Assembly: GCA_963726245.1 (NCBI GenBank)
Contig: CAVSBT010000039.1
Coordinates: 1-64,000 of the forward strand
DNA: 64,000 bases
DNA from: an uncultured Chloroflexia bacterium
Lineage (GTDB): Bacteria; Chloroflexota; Dehalococcoidia; DSTF01; JALHUB01
Direction: 5' to 3'
The notes under the pieces were generated by a model, which saw only the letters and a program-made list of their open reading frames with translations, was not told the origin of the DNA and made no database searches. Made by a program: the position numbers and the translations under genes. Numbering within the stretch: position 1 is the stretch's first letter; each line of letters begins with the position of its first letter. Positions 32,884 through 42,461 of this stretch are shown one piece after another.

Positions 32884-34245
32884 TCAAGGCGGTCGCCCGT
32901 GTGCCGTCCCCTTGCCCACCGCCTGCCGGCCGAGCTGGGCTATGGCTTCCACCTGCTCGTCCAGCCGGGGCCCTATGGGTGAAATCACCGGCTGGGGGAT
33001 GGCGACACCGCCGCCACCCATCTCAAAGACGTAGGCCCGCTCGCCGTGCTGGGCGATGTCCAGCCCCAAGACCTCCTCCTCCGGAGACACGCGCAAGCCG
33101 AGGGTCACGTCCAGGACCTTCAAGATGACAAGCGTCACGACGAAGGAGTAGCCCATTATGGCCCCGACGGCGATGGCCTGATCGCCCAACTGGCCAACGT
33201 TGCCGTGGAGGGCGCCGTCGACCCCGCCGACGGTGGCGACGGCGAAGACGCCCGTGGCGATCGTGCCCCAGGCGCCGCCCACGCCGTGCACGCCCACCAC
33301 GTCCAGCGAGTCGTCGAGGCTGAGCCGGGCCCGCAGCCGCACGGCGAGGTAGCAGAGGGCGCCCGCGCCAACGCCGATGACCAGGGCCGGCATGGTGTCC
33401 ACGAAGCCGGAGGCGGGTGTGACGGCAGCCAGGCCGGCCACCGCGCCCGCTGCGGCGCCCACCACACTCGGCCTACCCTGGAAGAGCCAGCTCAGCAGCG
33501 TCCAGGTGATGGCGCCGGCAGCGCCCGCCACGTGCGTGGCTAAGAAGGCGTTGCCGGCCTGGCCGTTGGAGGCCACGGCGCTGCCCGCGTTGAAGCCGAA
33601 CCAGCCGAACCAGAGCAGACCTGTCCCCAGCACCACCATGGTGATGTCATGGGGCTCCATGGGCTCCCGTCCGTAGCCGAGCCGCTTGCCGTAGAGGAGG
33701 GCGGCGGCCAGGGCGGCGACGCCGGCGTTGACGTGCACGACCGTGCCGCCGGCGAAGTCCTTCGCCCCGAGTTCTGCGAGCCAGCCCCCCGACGCCCAGA
33801 CCCAGTGGGCGACGGGCGAGTACACAACCAGCGACCAGACGCCCATGAAGACCAGGAACGTGCTGAACTTGGCTCTCTCGGCGAAGGCGCCCGTGATGAG
33901 GGCCGGGGTGATCACGGCGAACATCATCTGGAAGATCATGAATACCTGGTGAGGGATCGTGGTCGCGTAGGTATCACTGGGCTGCTGGCCCACTCCCCTA
34001 AGTCCGAACCAGTCCAGGCCCCCGATGACGTGTCCGTGGTCGGGCCCAAAGGCCAGGCTGTAGCCCGCTACAACCCAGATCAGGCTGACGAGGCCGATGA
34101 CGATGAAGCTGTGCATGAAGGTGCCCAGGACGTTCTTGTTTCGCACCAGCCCTCCGTAGAAAAGGGCGAGTCCCACAGTCATCAGCATGACGAGAGCCGA
34201 TGAAATGAGCACCCACGCCGTGTCGCCGCTGTTAATGGCAGGCAT
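32884..34245 (-). CDS. amtB: Ammonium transporter Amt (copy 2)
   Basis: Same motifs as copy 1; identical N-terminus MPAINSGDTAWVLISSALVMLMT. Confidence 0.96.
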   Translation of the reverse strand: MPAINSGDTAWVLISSALVMLMTVGLALFYGGLVRNKNVLGTFMHSFIVIGLVSLIWVVAGYSLAFGPDHGHVIGGLDWFGLRGVGQQPSDTYATTIPHQVFMIFQMMFAVITPALITGAFAERAKFSTFLVFMGVWSLVVYSPVAHWVWASGGWLAELGAKDFAGGTVVHVNAGVAALAAALLYGKRLGYGREPMEPHDITMVVLGTGLLWFGWFGFNAGSAVASNGQAGNAFLATHVAGAAGAITWTLLSWLFQGRPSVVGAAAGAVAGLAAVTPASGFVDTMPALVIGVGAGALCYLAVRLRARLSLDDSLDVVGVHGVGGAWGTIATGVFAVATVGGVDGALHGNVGQLGDQAIAVGAIMGYSFVVTLVILKVLDVTLGLRVSPEEEVLGLDIAQHGERAYVFEMGGGGVAIPQPVISPIGPRLDEQVEAIAQLGRQAVGKGTAHGRPP

Positions 34246-34298
34246 GAGGCGTACCCCTTCCTACAGCCTTGGCTTGGTGGACAGATGTCCCGCTTCGC

Positions 34299-34352
34299 AA
34301 TCTACAAGGGTGTTGTTACGGGGACGTTACGGGGATGTTACGGGGACGTTAC
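34299..34352 (-). promoter_or_regulatory. Four perfect GTAAC-N6 repeats plus -10 upstream of amtB copy 2
   Basis: gttac at 34315, 34326, 34337 and 34348 (+ strand); TAGATT lies 10 bp downstream on the minus strand. Confidence 0.8.
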
Positions 34353-34384
34353 GGGAATCCTGGCGCCGCCTTCACGGCAGCGCC

Positions 34385-35056
34385 TCAAGGAGAGGGCTTG
34401 AAGCGGTAGCCGACGTTGCGCACGGTCTCGATGAAGCTGTGGGCAGCGTCCTCCAGCTTGCTCCGCAGCCGGCGGATGTGGACGTCGACGGTACGGGCGC
34501 CGCCGAAGAAGTCATAGCCCCAGACACTGTTGAGGAGGGCCTCCCGTGTGAAGACGCGGTCCGGGTGGCTGGCCAGGAAACGGAGTAGCTCGTACTCCTT
34601 GTAGGTGAGATTGAGTGGACGGCCGCTCAGAAAGACGCGGTAGCTACTGAGGTCCATGACCAGGTCACCGCAGCGAACGGCGTTGTTGGAGTCGACGCCG
34701 CTGCGCCGCCAGAGGACGCGGCGGAGGCGGGCCACCAGCTCGGCGACCGGCGCGGGCCAGACCAGGAAATCGTCAACCGCCAGCGTCGAGTCAAAGCTCT
34801 CAACCTGTCCGGGGGTCAGGAGCGCGATGGCGGCGGTCCGGGCGAGCCACTCCCCGGCCGCCGGCGGCTCTCTGACTGGGGCGTCGCCGGGCTGCTGGGT
34901 CAGGTTGACGAGGACAGCATCGGGGAGCGCCCCGCTCTCCAAGTAAACGGCGACTTCGCTCGAAGGGCAGGTGGCCACGGCGTAGCCCGCGGCCTGGAGC
35001 CCGCTGGCCAGAGGCTGAAGGTCTTCGCTGGCGTCGACGAGCAGGATGCGATTCAT
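34385..35056 (-). CDS. GlnR-like orphan OmpR/PhoB-family regulator with degenerate receiver domain
   Basis: wHTH LTYKEYELL..L..HP.RVFTRE.LL..VWGYDFFGG.RTVDVHIRRLR.KL closely resembles actinobacterial GlnR; receiver has PDAVLVN in place of the phospho-Asp. Confidence 0.8.
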   Translation of the reverse strand: MNRILLVDASEDLQPLASGLQAAGYAVATCPSSEVAVYLESGALPDAVLVNLTQQPGDAPVREPPAAGEWLARTAAIALLTPGQVESFDSTLAVDDFLVWPAPVAELVARLRRVLWRRSGVDSNNAVRCGDLVMDLSSYRVFLSGRPLNLTYKEYELLRFLASHPDRVFTREALLNSVWGYDFFGGARTVDVHIRRLRSKLEDAAHSFIETVRNVGYRFKPSP

Positions 35057-35361
35057 AGCTTCTGTCGCAGTCCAGTATAGCAGAAGCGTTCGAGGGGCTC
35101 AGGCCAGGGGTTCAGCAGGCGCTATCGCTACCGAGCATGGATATGAGGGCTCCCCGGCCACTCGTTTTTTTAGCCCATAACTTTTAGGGGCGCCTGGGTC
35201 GCGCGGGGTGGCCCTCTTGTCGTTCATGACCCTGCGCCAAGCAGTGGCCTTGGTGGGGCGCCGGCCGCCGGGGTGCAGGATTGCAACCAACGGTGGATTG
35301 GTCACGCCCATGCGCGGGGCGCTGTCGCCGCAAATCGGCCTGTGCTAGAATCTTTCACTGG

Positions 35362-35436
35362 GCCAGCGTAGCTCAGGGGTAGAGCAGCGGTTTCGTAAAC
35401 CGCGGGTCGAGGGTTCGAATCCCCCCGCTGGCTCCA
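35362..35436 (+). tRNA. tRNA-Thr(CGT)
   Basis: Acceptor stem gccagcg/cgctggc, D-arm, anticodon arm gcggt-ttCGTaa-accgc, GGTTCGAATCC, encoded CCA. Confidence 0.97.
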
Positions 35437-35534
35437 GAACAAGTTCGCGGGTCAAGACAGATTCAGAAGCGGGCAGTGGAGCCCGCTTCCGTCTTAGTTG
35501 GCGGGAGATTGCAGGTCGCCGGCCCACAGGCGAG

Positions 35535-38350
35535 CTAGGCTGCTTCGCGAGAGGAAGTTCGCGGCGTCGGCAAGACCCCGGTAGGTTGGCTGTCGGTGAG
35601 CAATTGTTCCATGGCCTGCGCCGGCACCGCCTCGCTAAACAGGTACCCCTGGGCCTCATAGCATTCTCGCTCCTTCACGACAGCCAGTTGCTCGGCGGTC
35701 TCAATGCCCTCAGCGATAACCCTCAAGTTCAGAGTCCGTGCTAGGGCAACGATGGCTGCGAGAATGGCGGCATCGTGCGGGTTCGCCGGGGCGTCGCTTA
35801 CAAAGGAGCGGTCGATCTTCACCGAATCGACGGGGAGGATTCTCATATAGGCCAGGGATGAGTACCCGGTCCCAAAGTCGTCTATCGATACGTGCACTCC
35901 CATTCCTCTCAGCTCGCTCAGCATCTTGACGGTAAACTCAATGTCCCGCATGGCGGTGCCTTCGGTGATCTCCAGGTCCAGGTACTGAGCGTCCAGGCCT
36001 GTCTCCTTCAGTACCTGGGCGACCATGTCAACGAGGCGAGAGTCCTGGAACTGGCGGCTGGAAAGGTTGACCGCGACCCGCACAGGCGGTAGGCCCGCTT
36101 CTTGGAAGGCTTTGTTCTGGGCACAGGCGGTACGTAGGACCCACTCGCCAAGGGGCACAATCAACCCAGTCTCTTCAGCCAGAGGAATGAACTCTGCGGC
36201 GAAGAGGAGACCGCGCTCCGGATGTTGCCAACGCGCCAGCGCTTCTATCCCAACGATCTCGCGGGTGTCGGTGTTCACCTGAGGCTGGTAGAACACCGCC
36301 AGTTCCCCGTGGCTCAACGCATGACGCAGCTCGGATTCCAAGGTCACCCGGCGTCGGACGTCGACATTCATTTCCGAGAGGAACAGTTGGAAGTTGTCCC
36401 GTCCAAGGTCCTTAGCACGATACATGGCCGTGTCGGCGTTTCTAAGGAGAGTTTCAGCGTCTTCGCCGTCTTGAGGGTACATGGCGAGCCCGATGCTGGC
36501 GGTAGAGTGGAATTCTTGCCCCGCCAGAACCCAGGGCAGCCTGAATCGATTAAGGATTCTATTGGCGAGCTCACACGCGTCGTTCACTCCGGGGACTTCC
36601 GGCAGGAGTACCGTGAATTCATCGCCCCCCAACCGGGCGACGGTGTCGCCTTCGCGGATTATGCTGGTCAGCCGTTCCGCAACACTCTGCAACATCTGGT
36701 CTCCCACAGCGTGGCCCGCCGTGTCATTCACCAGCTTGAAGTGGTCCAGGTCGAGGAACATGATCGCCAGCGGCCGGTTGTCGCGGCGCCTCTGGGCCAG
36801 GGCCATGGTGAGGCGGTCCCCGAGCAGTCTCCGATTGGGCAGGCCGGTGAGTCCGTCATGGTAAGCCACATACTTGACTTGATTCTCCGCCTGCTTGCGG
36901 TCCGTGATATCTACCAGGACCGCTCGGAGGCCAACGACACGGTCGTCGTCAAGAATCGGGCGGCTGGAGGTGCGTACCCACCTTGTCTCACCAGACTTGG
37001 TGAAGATCCGAAACTCGCTTGGCTCAAGAACCCCAGAGACCATCGCCTGCAAGCTCTGAATGGAGGGTAAGTCATCCGAGTGGATGAAACGAGCGATCGA
37101 TTGGCCGACAAGTTCTGCCGGACTATACCCGACGATCTGTTCCACGACTGGGCTGACGTAGGTCACCCGTCCTTCATTGTCCAGAGTGAAGATGACTTCA
37201 CTTATGTTTTCGACCAGGTCCCGGAACTGCTCCTCCGAGCTGCGCAGCGCCTGCTCCGCCCGCTGACGCTCGGAGATCTCATTGAGGAGGTCCTGATTTC
37301 TCGACTGGAGCTTGGCAGCGTATCGCTCGGTCTTCTTCCGCGAGCGCTGCAATTCCATCCATAGCTGAACGCCCTTCACGACAACCGCCGCCTGGAGCGC
37401 GAGGTTTCGCAGGAGATCGACAGTGGGAGGGTCGAAGGATACTGGCTTGAGGCTCGCCGCCCTAAGCAGGCCTAATACCTCGTCCTGGAAGAGGAGCGGG
37501 ACCGTAGTGGCGGAGACGAGTCCCGCTCGTCGGTAGAACTCCCGGGCCGGCTCCGAGATGCGGGGATCGTTCTGGAGGTCCGGAAGTACAACCGGTTGTT
37601 GATTCTCGACAATCATCTTCCGGACCGGGTCGGGAGCTCTGACCAAGGCGGTCCACGCCTCGTACAGCGGCGTCCCCGTAAAACGGCTGGCGGAAGTGCT
37701 GCGCATGTTTATCCGCCCGCGCCTGTCCATAAGGTCGAGACTGCATAGAAAGCCCGTCGCGCTGTTGATGGCGCTGACAATCTTCTCAACCACTTCGCGC
37801 ATGCTCTCGGCTCGCGTGAATACCCGTGAGACATCAGCCAGGGCATTCATCTGCCGCTGCAGGCGTTCGGTCCTGTCGGCGTCCGCGACGAGCCCGAGCA
37901 TGATAGCCAGCGCGGGGCCCGCCGACTCCAAGAATCGGCCGGCGCGACGCGCAGCGCCGCCGTCCAGGGACCGCGAGCGACAACACAGCCGGCGTACGTC
38001 GGTCCTGTCCAAAGGCCGAAGGCCACGTACGTGCTGGCCTGCCCCGTGTCAGCTGGAGCGAAGTGGTGTGGCCGTCCATCCCGACCGACCGTGAAGACTG
38101 CTGCGCGGCCGCGTGTCCTCAGCTCGCGTTCCGTGGATAGCACGCCCTCAGGCGATAGCCCGAAGAAGTCCTCTCCGTCCCTCCGGGGATAGCCCGTGTA
38201 GTTGACGCCGTCGCCAGTGAACAGGCGCACATCGTCCGAACCGATGACCGCCCCAACGATACCAGTGGCCTCGAGGAGTGCTCCATCCCCGTCCGTCGCG
38301 CCAGCGACGGCGAGCCGAGCAAGCTCTTCTAGTGCATGTAGCCTGCGCAT
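35535..38350 (-). CDS. GAF-PAS-GGDEF-EAL c-di-GMP protein (indel near 37955)
   Basis: HDGLTGLPNR, RLGGDEF, EALARW, LEITE, DDFGTGYSS, EGIE; N-terminal part lies in the 37847-38350 frame. Confidence 0.9.
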
Positions 38351-38542
38351 CGGTGGATAATCTGTTCTCCACCGGTAGGATCGGCGCTGCGTGGGGCTAT
38401 CTGAAGGTGGCTAGGTTTGCGGCGCGCCAGGATCGGCGCCCCTGACCAGTTGACGGGCACAACATGGCGCCAGGCGGCGTGGCCGCCAGAAGCATTGAGG
38501 GTGGAGTCGGCTGTCGGCAGCTTGGCGCGAGGCGCCCTCGCC

Positions 38543-39310
38543 CTACAGCCGGATGAGAACGCCCCCGTCCGCCACCAGGGTCTGGCCGGTTACGAAGTCC
38601 GCCCTCTCGACCAGGCTGAGCACGGCTTGGGCGATGTCCTCAGGGGTGCCGACCCGAGCCAGGGGTATCCTTTGTGCGACGCGCCCCTTGAACTCCTCGT
38701 AGGCGGCGGCTTCCTGGCGGGCGGAGTGCCAGCGCGTGTCGATGAAGCCCGGCGCGACGCAGTTCACGCGCACTTCGGGCGCAAACGTCCGCGCAAAGGA
38801 CATTGTGAGGTTGATCACGGCAGCCTTGGAGGCGCAATAGGCGATGGAGCTGCCTATAGCCTGGATGCCCGCCACCGAAGAGATGTTGACGATGCAGCCT
38901 TTACCCTGCTGCTTCATGTGAGGGACCACGGCCCGCGAGCAGTAGAACAGGCCCTTCACGTTTACCGCCAGGATGCGGTCCCATACCTCCTCGGTCAAAC
39001 CCTCGAGATCATTGAAATCGACGAAGTAGGTGATGCCCGCGTTGTTGACCAGCACGTCTATCGCGCCGAAGCGATCGAGAGTCTGTCTCACCATGTCGCG
39101 CACCTGATCGTCGTGGGAGACGTCCGCCCGCATCAGTAGCGCCTTTGCCCCCAGCGCCTCGACGTCGGCGGCAGTCTGTCGCGCCTCCGCCTCCGAGCGC
39201 GAGTAGTTGACTACTACATTGGCCCCTCGCTTGGCCAGCTCAAGAGCGGTGGCACGTCCCACTCCCACCGCCGACCCTGTGACAATCGCTGTCTTGCCCG
39301 AAATGTCCAC
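38543..39310 (-). CDS. SDR-family oxidoreductase (FabG-like)
   Basis: TGSAVGVG, NNAG, YCASK, VNCVAPG.IDT. Confidence 0.93.
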   Translation of the reverse strand: MDISGKTAIVTGSAVGVGRATALELAKRGANVVVNYSRSEAEARQTAADVEALGAKALLMRADVSHDDQVRDMVRQTLDRFGAIDVLVNNAGITYFVDFNDLEGLTEEVWDRILAVNVKGLFYCSRAVVPHMKQQGKGCIVNISSVAGIQAIGSSIAYCASKAAVINLTMSFARTFAPEVRVNCVAPGFIDTRWHSARQEAAAYEEFKGRVAQRIPLARVGTPEDIAQAVLSLVERADFVTGQTLVADGGVLIRL

Positions 39311-39402
39311 GTGGCGCCTCCCTTCTTCGAAGCAACAGGGAACAAGGAGAAACGGCCTTGTTGCTTGTTGCCTGCCCTTATACCTATCTTACACATGACC
39401 AC

Positions 39403-40287
39403 ATGGAACGCGAAGGGTCCAAGGTGTATCCGGTTCTGGCCATCGGGGTGGCGGCTGTCTCCTGCGCGGCCGTCTTGATCCGAGAGGCGGATGCGCCGGC
39501 GCTGGTCATCGCCGCCTATCGCCTGGGGCTGGCCGCGGCGCCTGCCGGAGCCCTGGCCCTGACAACGGGCCGAGGTAGGGCGTCAGAGGATGGCTCGCCG
39601 GCATGGCCGGTCCTGGCGGGCGCGTTCCTCGCCCTGCACTTCGGCTTCTGGATCGCATCGCTTCAGCACACGTCGGTGACCACGTCGGTGGTGCTTGTGA
39701 CGACGAATCCGCTCTTCATCGGGCTGGCGTCGCCCATCCTCCTGCACGAGCGCGTGGCGCCGGCGACCTGGACGGGCATCGGCATAGCGACGGTTGGCGC
39801 GGCCTTGATGGCCGCCTCGGACCTGGGCGAGGGCATGGGGACCCTAGTGGGTGACCTGTATGCGCTGGTGGGAGCGGTCTTTGCGGCGGGCTACCTGATG
39901 GTGGGACGGCGGGCCCGACCGCAGATGTCCTGGTCGAGGTACGTGGGCGTCGTCTATTCGGTAGCGGCCGCGCTGCTGGTCGTCTCTGTGCTGGTGGCGA
40001 GGGAGCCGTTCACAGGCTACAGCGCGAAGACGTTTGTGATGCTTGGCCTGCTGGCGCTGGTGCCCCAGCTCATCGGCCACTCTGCCATTAACTGGTCCCT
40101 GGCCTACGTACCCGCGGCCGTGGCGGCGGTGGCTATCTTGGGGGAGCCGGTCGGCGCGACGCTTCTCGCCACATTCGTCCTGAAGGAGATGCCGAGCGGG
40201 CTCGAAATCGCTGGGGCGTTGCTGGTCCTGGCAGGCGTCTACAGGGCGCTCCGCCCGGGATGGCTGCCCACGGCGGCGTTTGGCTGA
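39403..40287 (+). CDS. EamA/DMT-family transporter
   Basis: About 10 TM helices, HFGFWIASL..TSV, PQLIGH, EPV.A. Confidence 0.9.
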   Translation: MEREGSKVYPVLAIGVAAVSCAAVLIREADAPALVIAAYRLGLAAAPAGALALTTGRGRASEDGSPAWPVLAGAFLALHFGFWIASLQHTSVTTSVVLVTTNPLFIGLASPILLHERVAPATWTGIGIATVGAALMAASDLGEGMGTLVGDLYALVGAVFAAGYLMVGRRARPQMSWSRYVGVVYSVAAALLVVSVLVAREPFTGYSAKTFVMLGLLALVPQLIGHSAINWSLAYVPAAVAAVAILGEPVGATLLATFVLKEMPSGLEIAGALLVLAGVYRALRPGWLPTAAFG

Positions 40288-40347
40288 GTGGGCTATCATG
40301 ATCGTGGGCGCCCTCAACCTAGTGTGCAGAGTTCTTGGGGGAGCGAA

Positions 40348-40939
40348 ATGTCTTCTCAATCAGCATCGCCGCTGGAGCTCGAATTCCGGCCCGTAACCCC
40401 TGAACGCTGGCCGGACCTCGAATCGCTGTTCGGAGAACACGGCGCCTGTGACGGCTGCTGGTGTATGTGGTGGAGGTTGACGCGATCCGAGTTCGCCGAG
40501 CGGAAGGGCCGGGACAACAAAGGGGCCCTGAAGCGGATAGTCGAAGCAGGCGAGGTCCCGGGGCTCCTTGCCTACGCTGATGGCCAGCCCGTCGCTTGGT
40601 GTTCGGTCGCCCCGAGAGAGACGTTCGCGGCTCTGGAGCGATTCTCGCACACTGGCGAGGATTGACCAAGAGCCCGTCTGGTCCGTCGTCTGCTTCTTCG
40701 TTGCCAGACCCTTCAGAGGCAAGGGGGTGACGCCGAAGTTGCTGGGGGCCGCCGTAGAACACGCCCAGGCCCGCGGCGCGAAGATTGTCGAAGGGTACCC
40801 CGTCGAGCCGGTCAGGAGGCTGTCCAGCGCCTCTGTCTACACGGGCTTGGCATCCACTTTTCGCCAGGCGGGGTTCGTGGAAATGCTCCGGAGATCAGAG
40901 ACCCGACCGATCATGAGGCGCGTGGTAGCGGGGCAGTAG
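40348..40939 (+). CDS. GNAT-family N-acetyltransferase (+1 indel near 40642)
   Basis: GCWCMWWR, PGLLAY....VAWC, then WSVVCFFV....RGKGV, VEGYP, YTG....F...GF. Confidence 0.85.
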
Positions 40940-40998
40940 CAGGTCGGGGCGTTTTCCGCGCGGCCGGCGGCGGGCGAGGGGATAGGACGCCGTCTCCG

Positions 40999-41403
40999 TC
41001 ATCTCGGCCGCTCTCCTCCCGCTCCATAGTCGGCCGCCTTCGTGCGCGCGTTCAGAAGGGCGCCGGTGGTGGCGACGCAGTACGGCACGGCGTAGGTGAG
41101 CGGTACCTTCCACGCCAGCGCCATCGGGAATTCGCCGCCCACGATAAGCTGGCCCTGGTTGATGGCGGTCAGGATTGTCCCCACTATGAGAGCGATTGCC
41201 AGGGACGTGGCCATCACCGGCCGGTAGGTGACGGCGCAGCGGAGGCAGCGCGCCCGGCGCCCCTCCTGCGACCGCACCTCATACATCACTTCGTTGAGCC
41301 TGCGCCGACAGCGGGTGCAGACCACCGGCGTGGCTGGCAGCTCATTGCCCGCCAAGTAGTCGACTCGCCCCTTTCTCTCGCCAGTGGCGGCGCGGGCAGC
41401 CAT
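40999..41403 (-). CDS. NrtS-like small membrane protein with N-terminal CxxC...CxxC
   Basis: ALIVGTILTAINQG...K..LTY.VPYCV.T.G is the NrtS signature; start uncertain. Confidence 0.7.
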   Translation of the reverse strand: MAARAATGERKGRVDYLAGNELPATPVVCTRCRRRLNEVMYEVRSQEGRRARCLRCAVTYRPVMATSLAIALIVGTILTAINQGQLIVGGEFPMALAWKVPLTYAVPYCVATTGALLNARTKAADYGAGGERPR

Positions 41404-41591
41404 CCGACCAAGGCGGCTGGCTCACCCTGTCCAATCGACGCCCGGCCTCCGCTCTGCCAGCGAGCAGATCATCATGCTGCTCCATCCGAGCGTCAACAGA
41501 GCGTAATGCCCCGCCCCGGCGGGCGCAAGCGATGGGGCGGAGCTGGCAGCTCCGCCCCATTTGCGTTAAGGCGAATCATCCCCACTCGGTG

Positions 41592-42396
41592 CTAGGCTGC
41601 GACGCCGGCGGGCTCCAGCCCAGCCATCATAGCCAGCATCTCCTCATGATCCGGTCCCACGAAAGGCTCCAGGGCCGGTGCGGCCGAAAGCGCCTTGAGC
41701 AAGGGAATCGGTGCGGCCGTGTGCCACCGGGCCGTGCGAGCTGAGGATCGTCCTTGGCTCCAGCCTCCTGATGGTCTCGAGCTGACCGTCGAACTTGCTC
41801 TGGTCCACGAGATGAATCCAGGGGCTGAGTGCGCTGGCGAACATGTGGAAGCCTTTGAGGAAGGCCGCCTCTGGGACGTCAGTCACCACCTCCGCCGGTC
41901 CCGGAATGAGAGCACCGAGGGAGTCGGCCGTGAAGAGGACGCTGTTCTTCGGGTCATAGAATCCCTGCGTCGCCGGGGAATCCCAGGTGGGTGGCCGCAC
42001 GACGGTGAACTCGCGGTCGCCGGCGCTGAATCGCTGACCTGGGTTAATCAGGAGCACCCTCTCCATCGGCAGCTCGTGCGAATCAGCCAGCCTCGCAAAG
42101 CCGAGGAAGGGCATGAGCACCCGCGCGTTCGGGGCCACCTTCATGGCCTGCGCGAGGTTGCCGGCGTGGTCATTGTCGTCGTGGGTCAGGAAGATCCACT
42201 TGATCTCCGCGGGATCGATCAGCGATCCCAGGGTTGTCAGGAACTGTTCCCGCTCGATCGGCATGCCGGTGTCAACGAGGACGGGCTCCTGCGCCTCAAT
42301 GAGGTACCAGTTGATGGGCAGGATGCCCAACGGCCCGGCGGGGAAGTTCGTCGTGACGATATAGGTGTCGGCGTTTACGCGCCGAGGCTTCTCCAT
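41592..42396 (-). CDS. MBL-fold protein (FprA/ODP-like beta-lactamase domain; +1 indel near 41700)
   Basis: LVDTG, THDDNDHAG, LFTADS.G, SSHGP; repaired C-terminus ends at TAG 41592. Confidence 0.82.
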
Positions 42397-42461
42397 TGGT
42401 TTCTCCCTCCTTGGATCTTCAGGCAGGGCTTCCAGCCCTGCGTATTTACTGCTTACGACAA

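Noticed and set aside
35099-35340. Glutamine riboswitch or small ORF upstream of the GlnR-like gene
   Set aside because: No recognisable glnA-motif consensus, and the ORF has no RBS or coding signature
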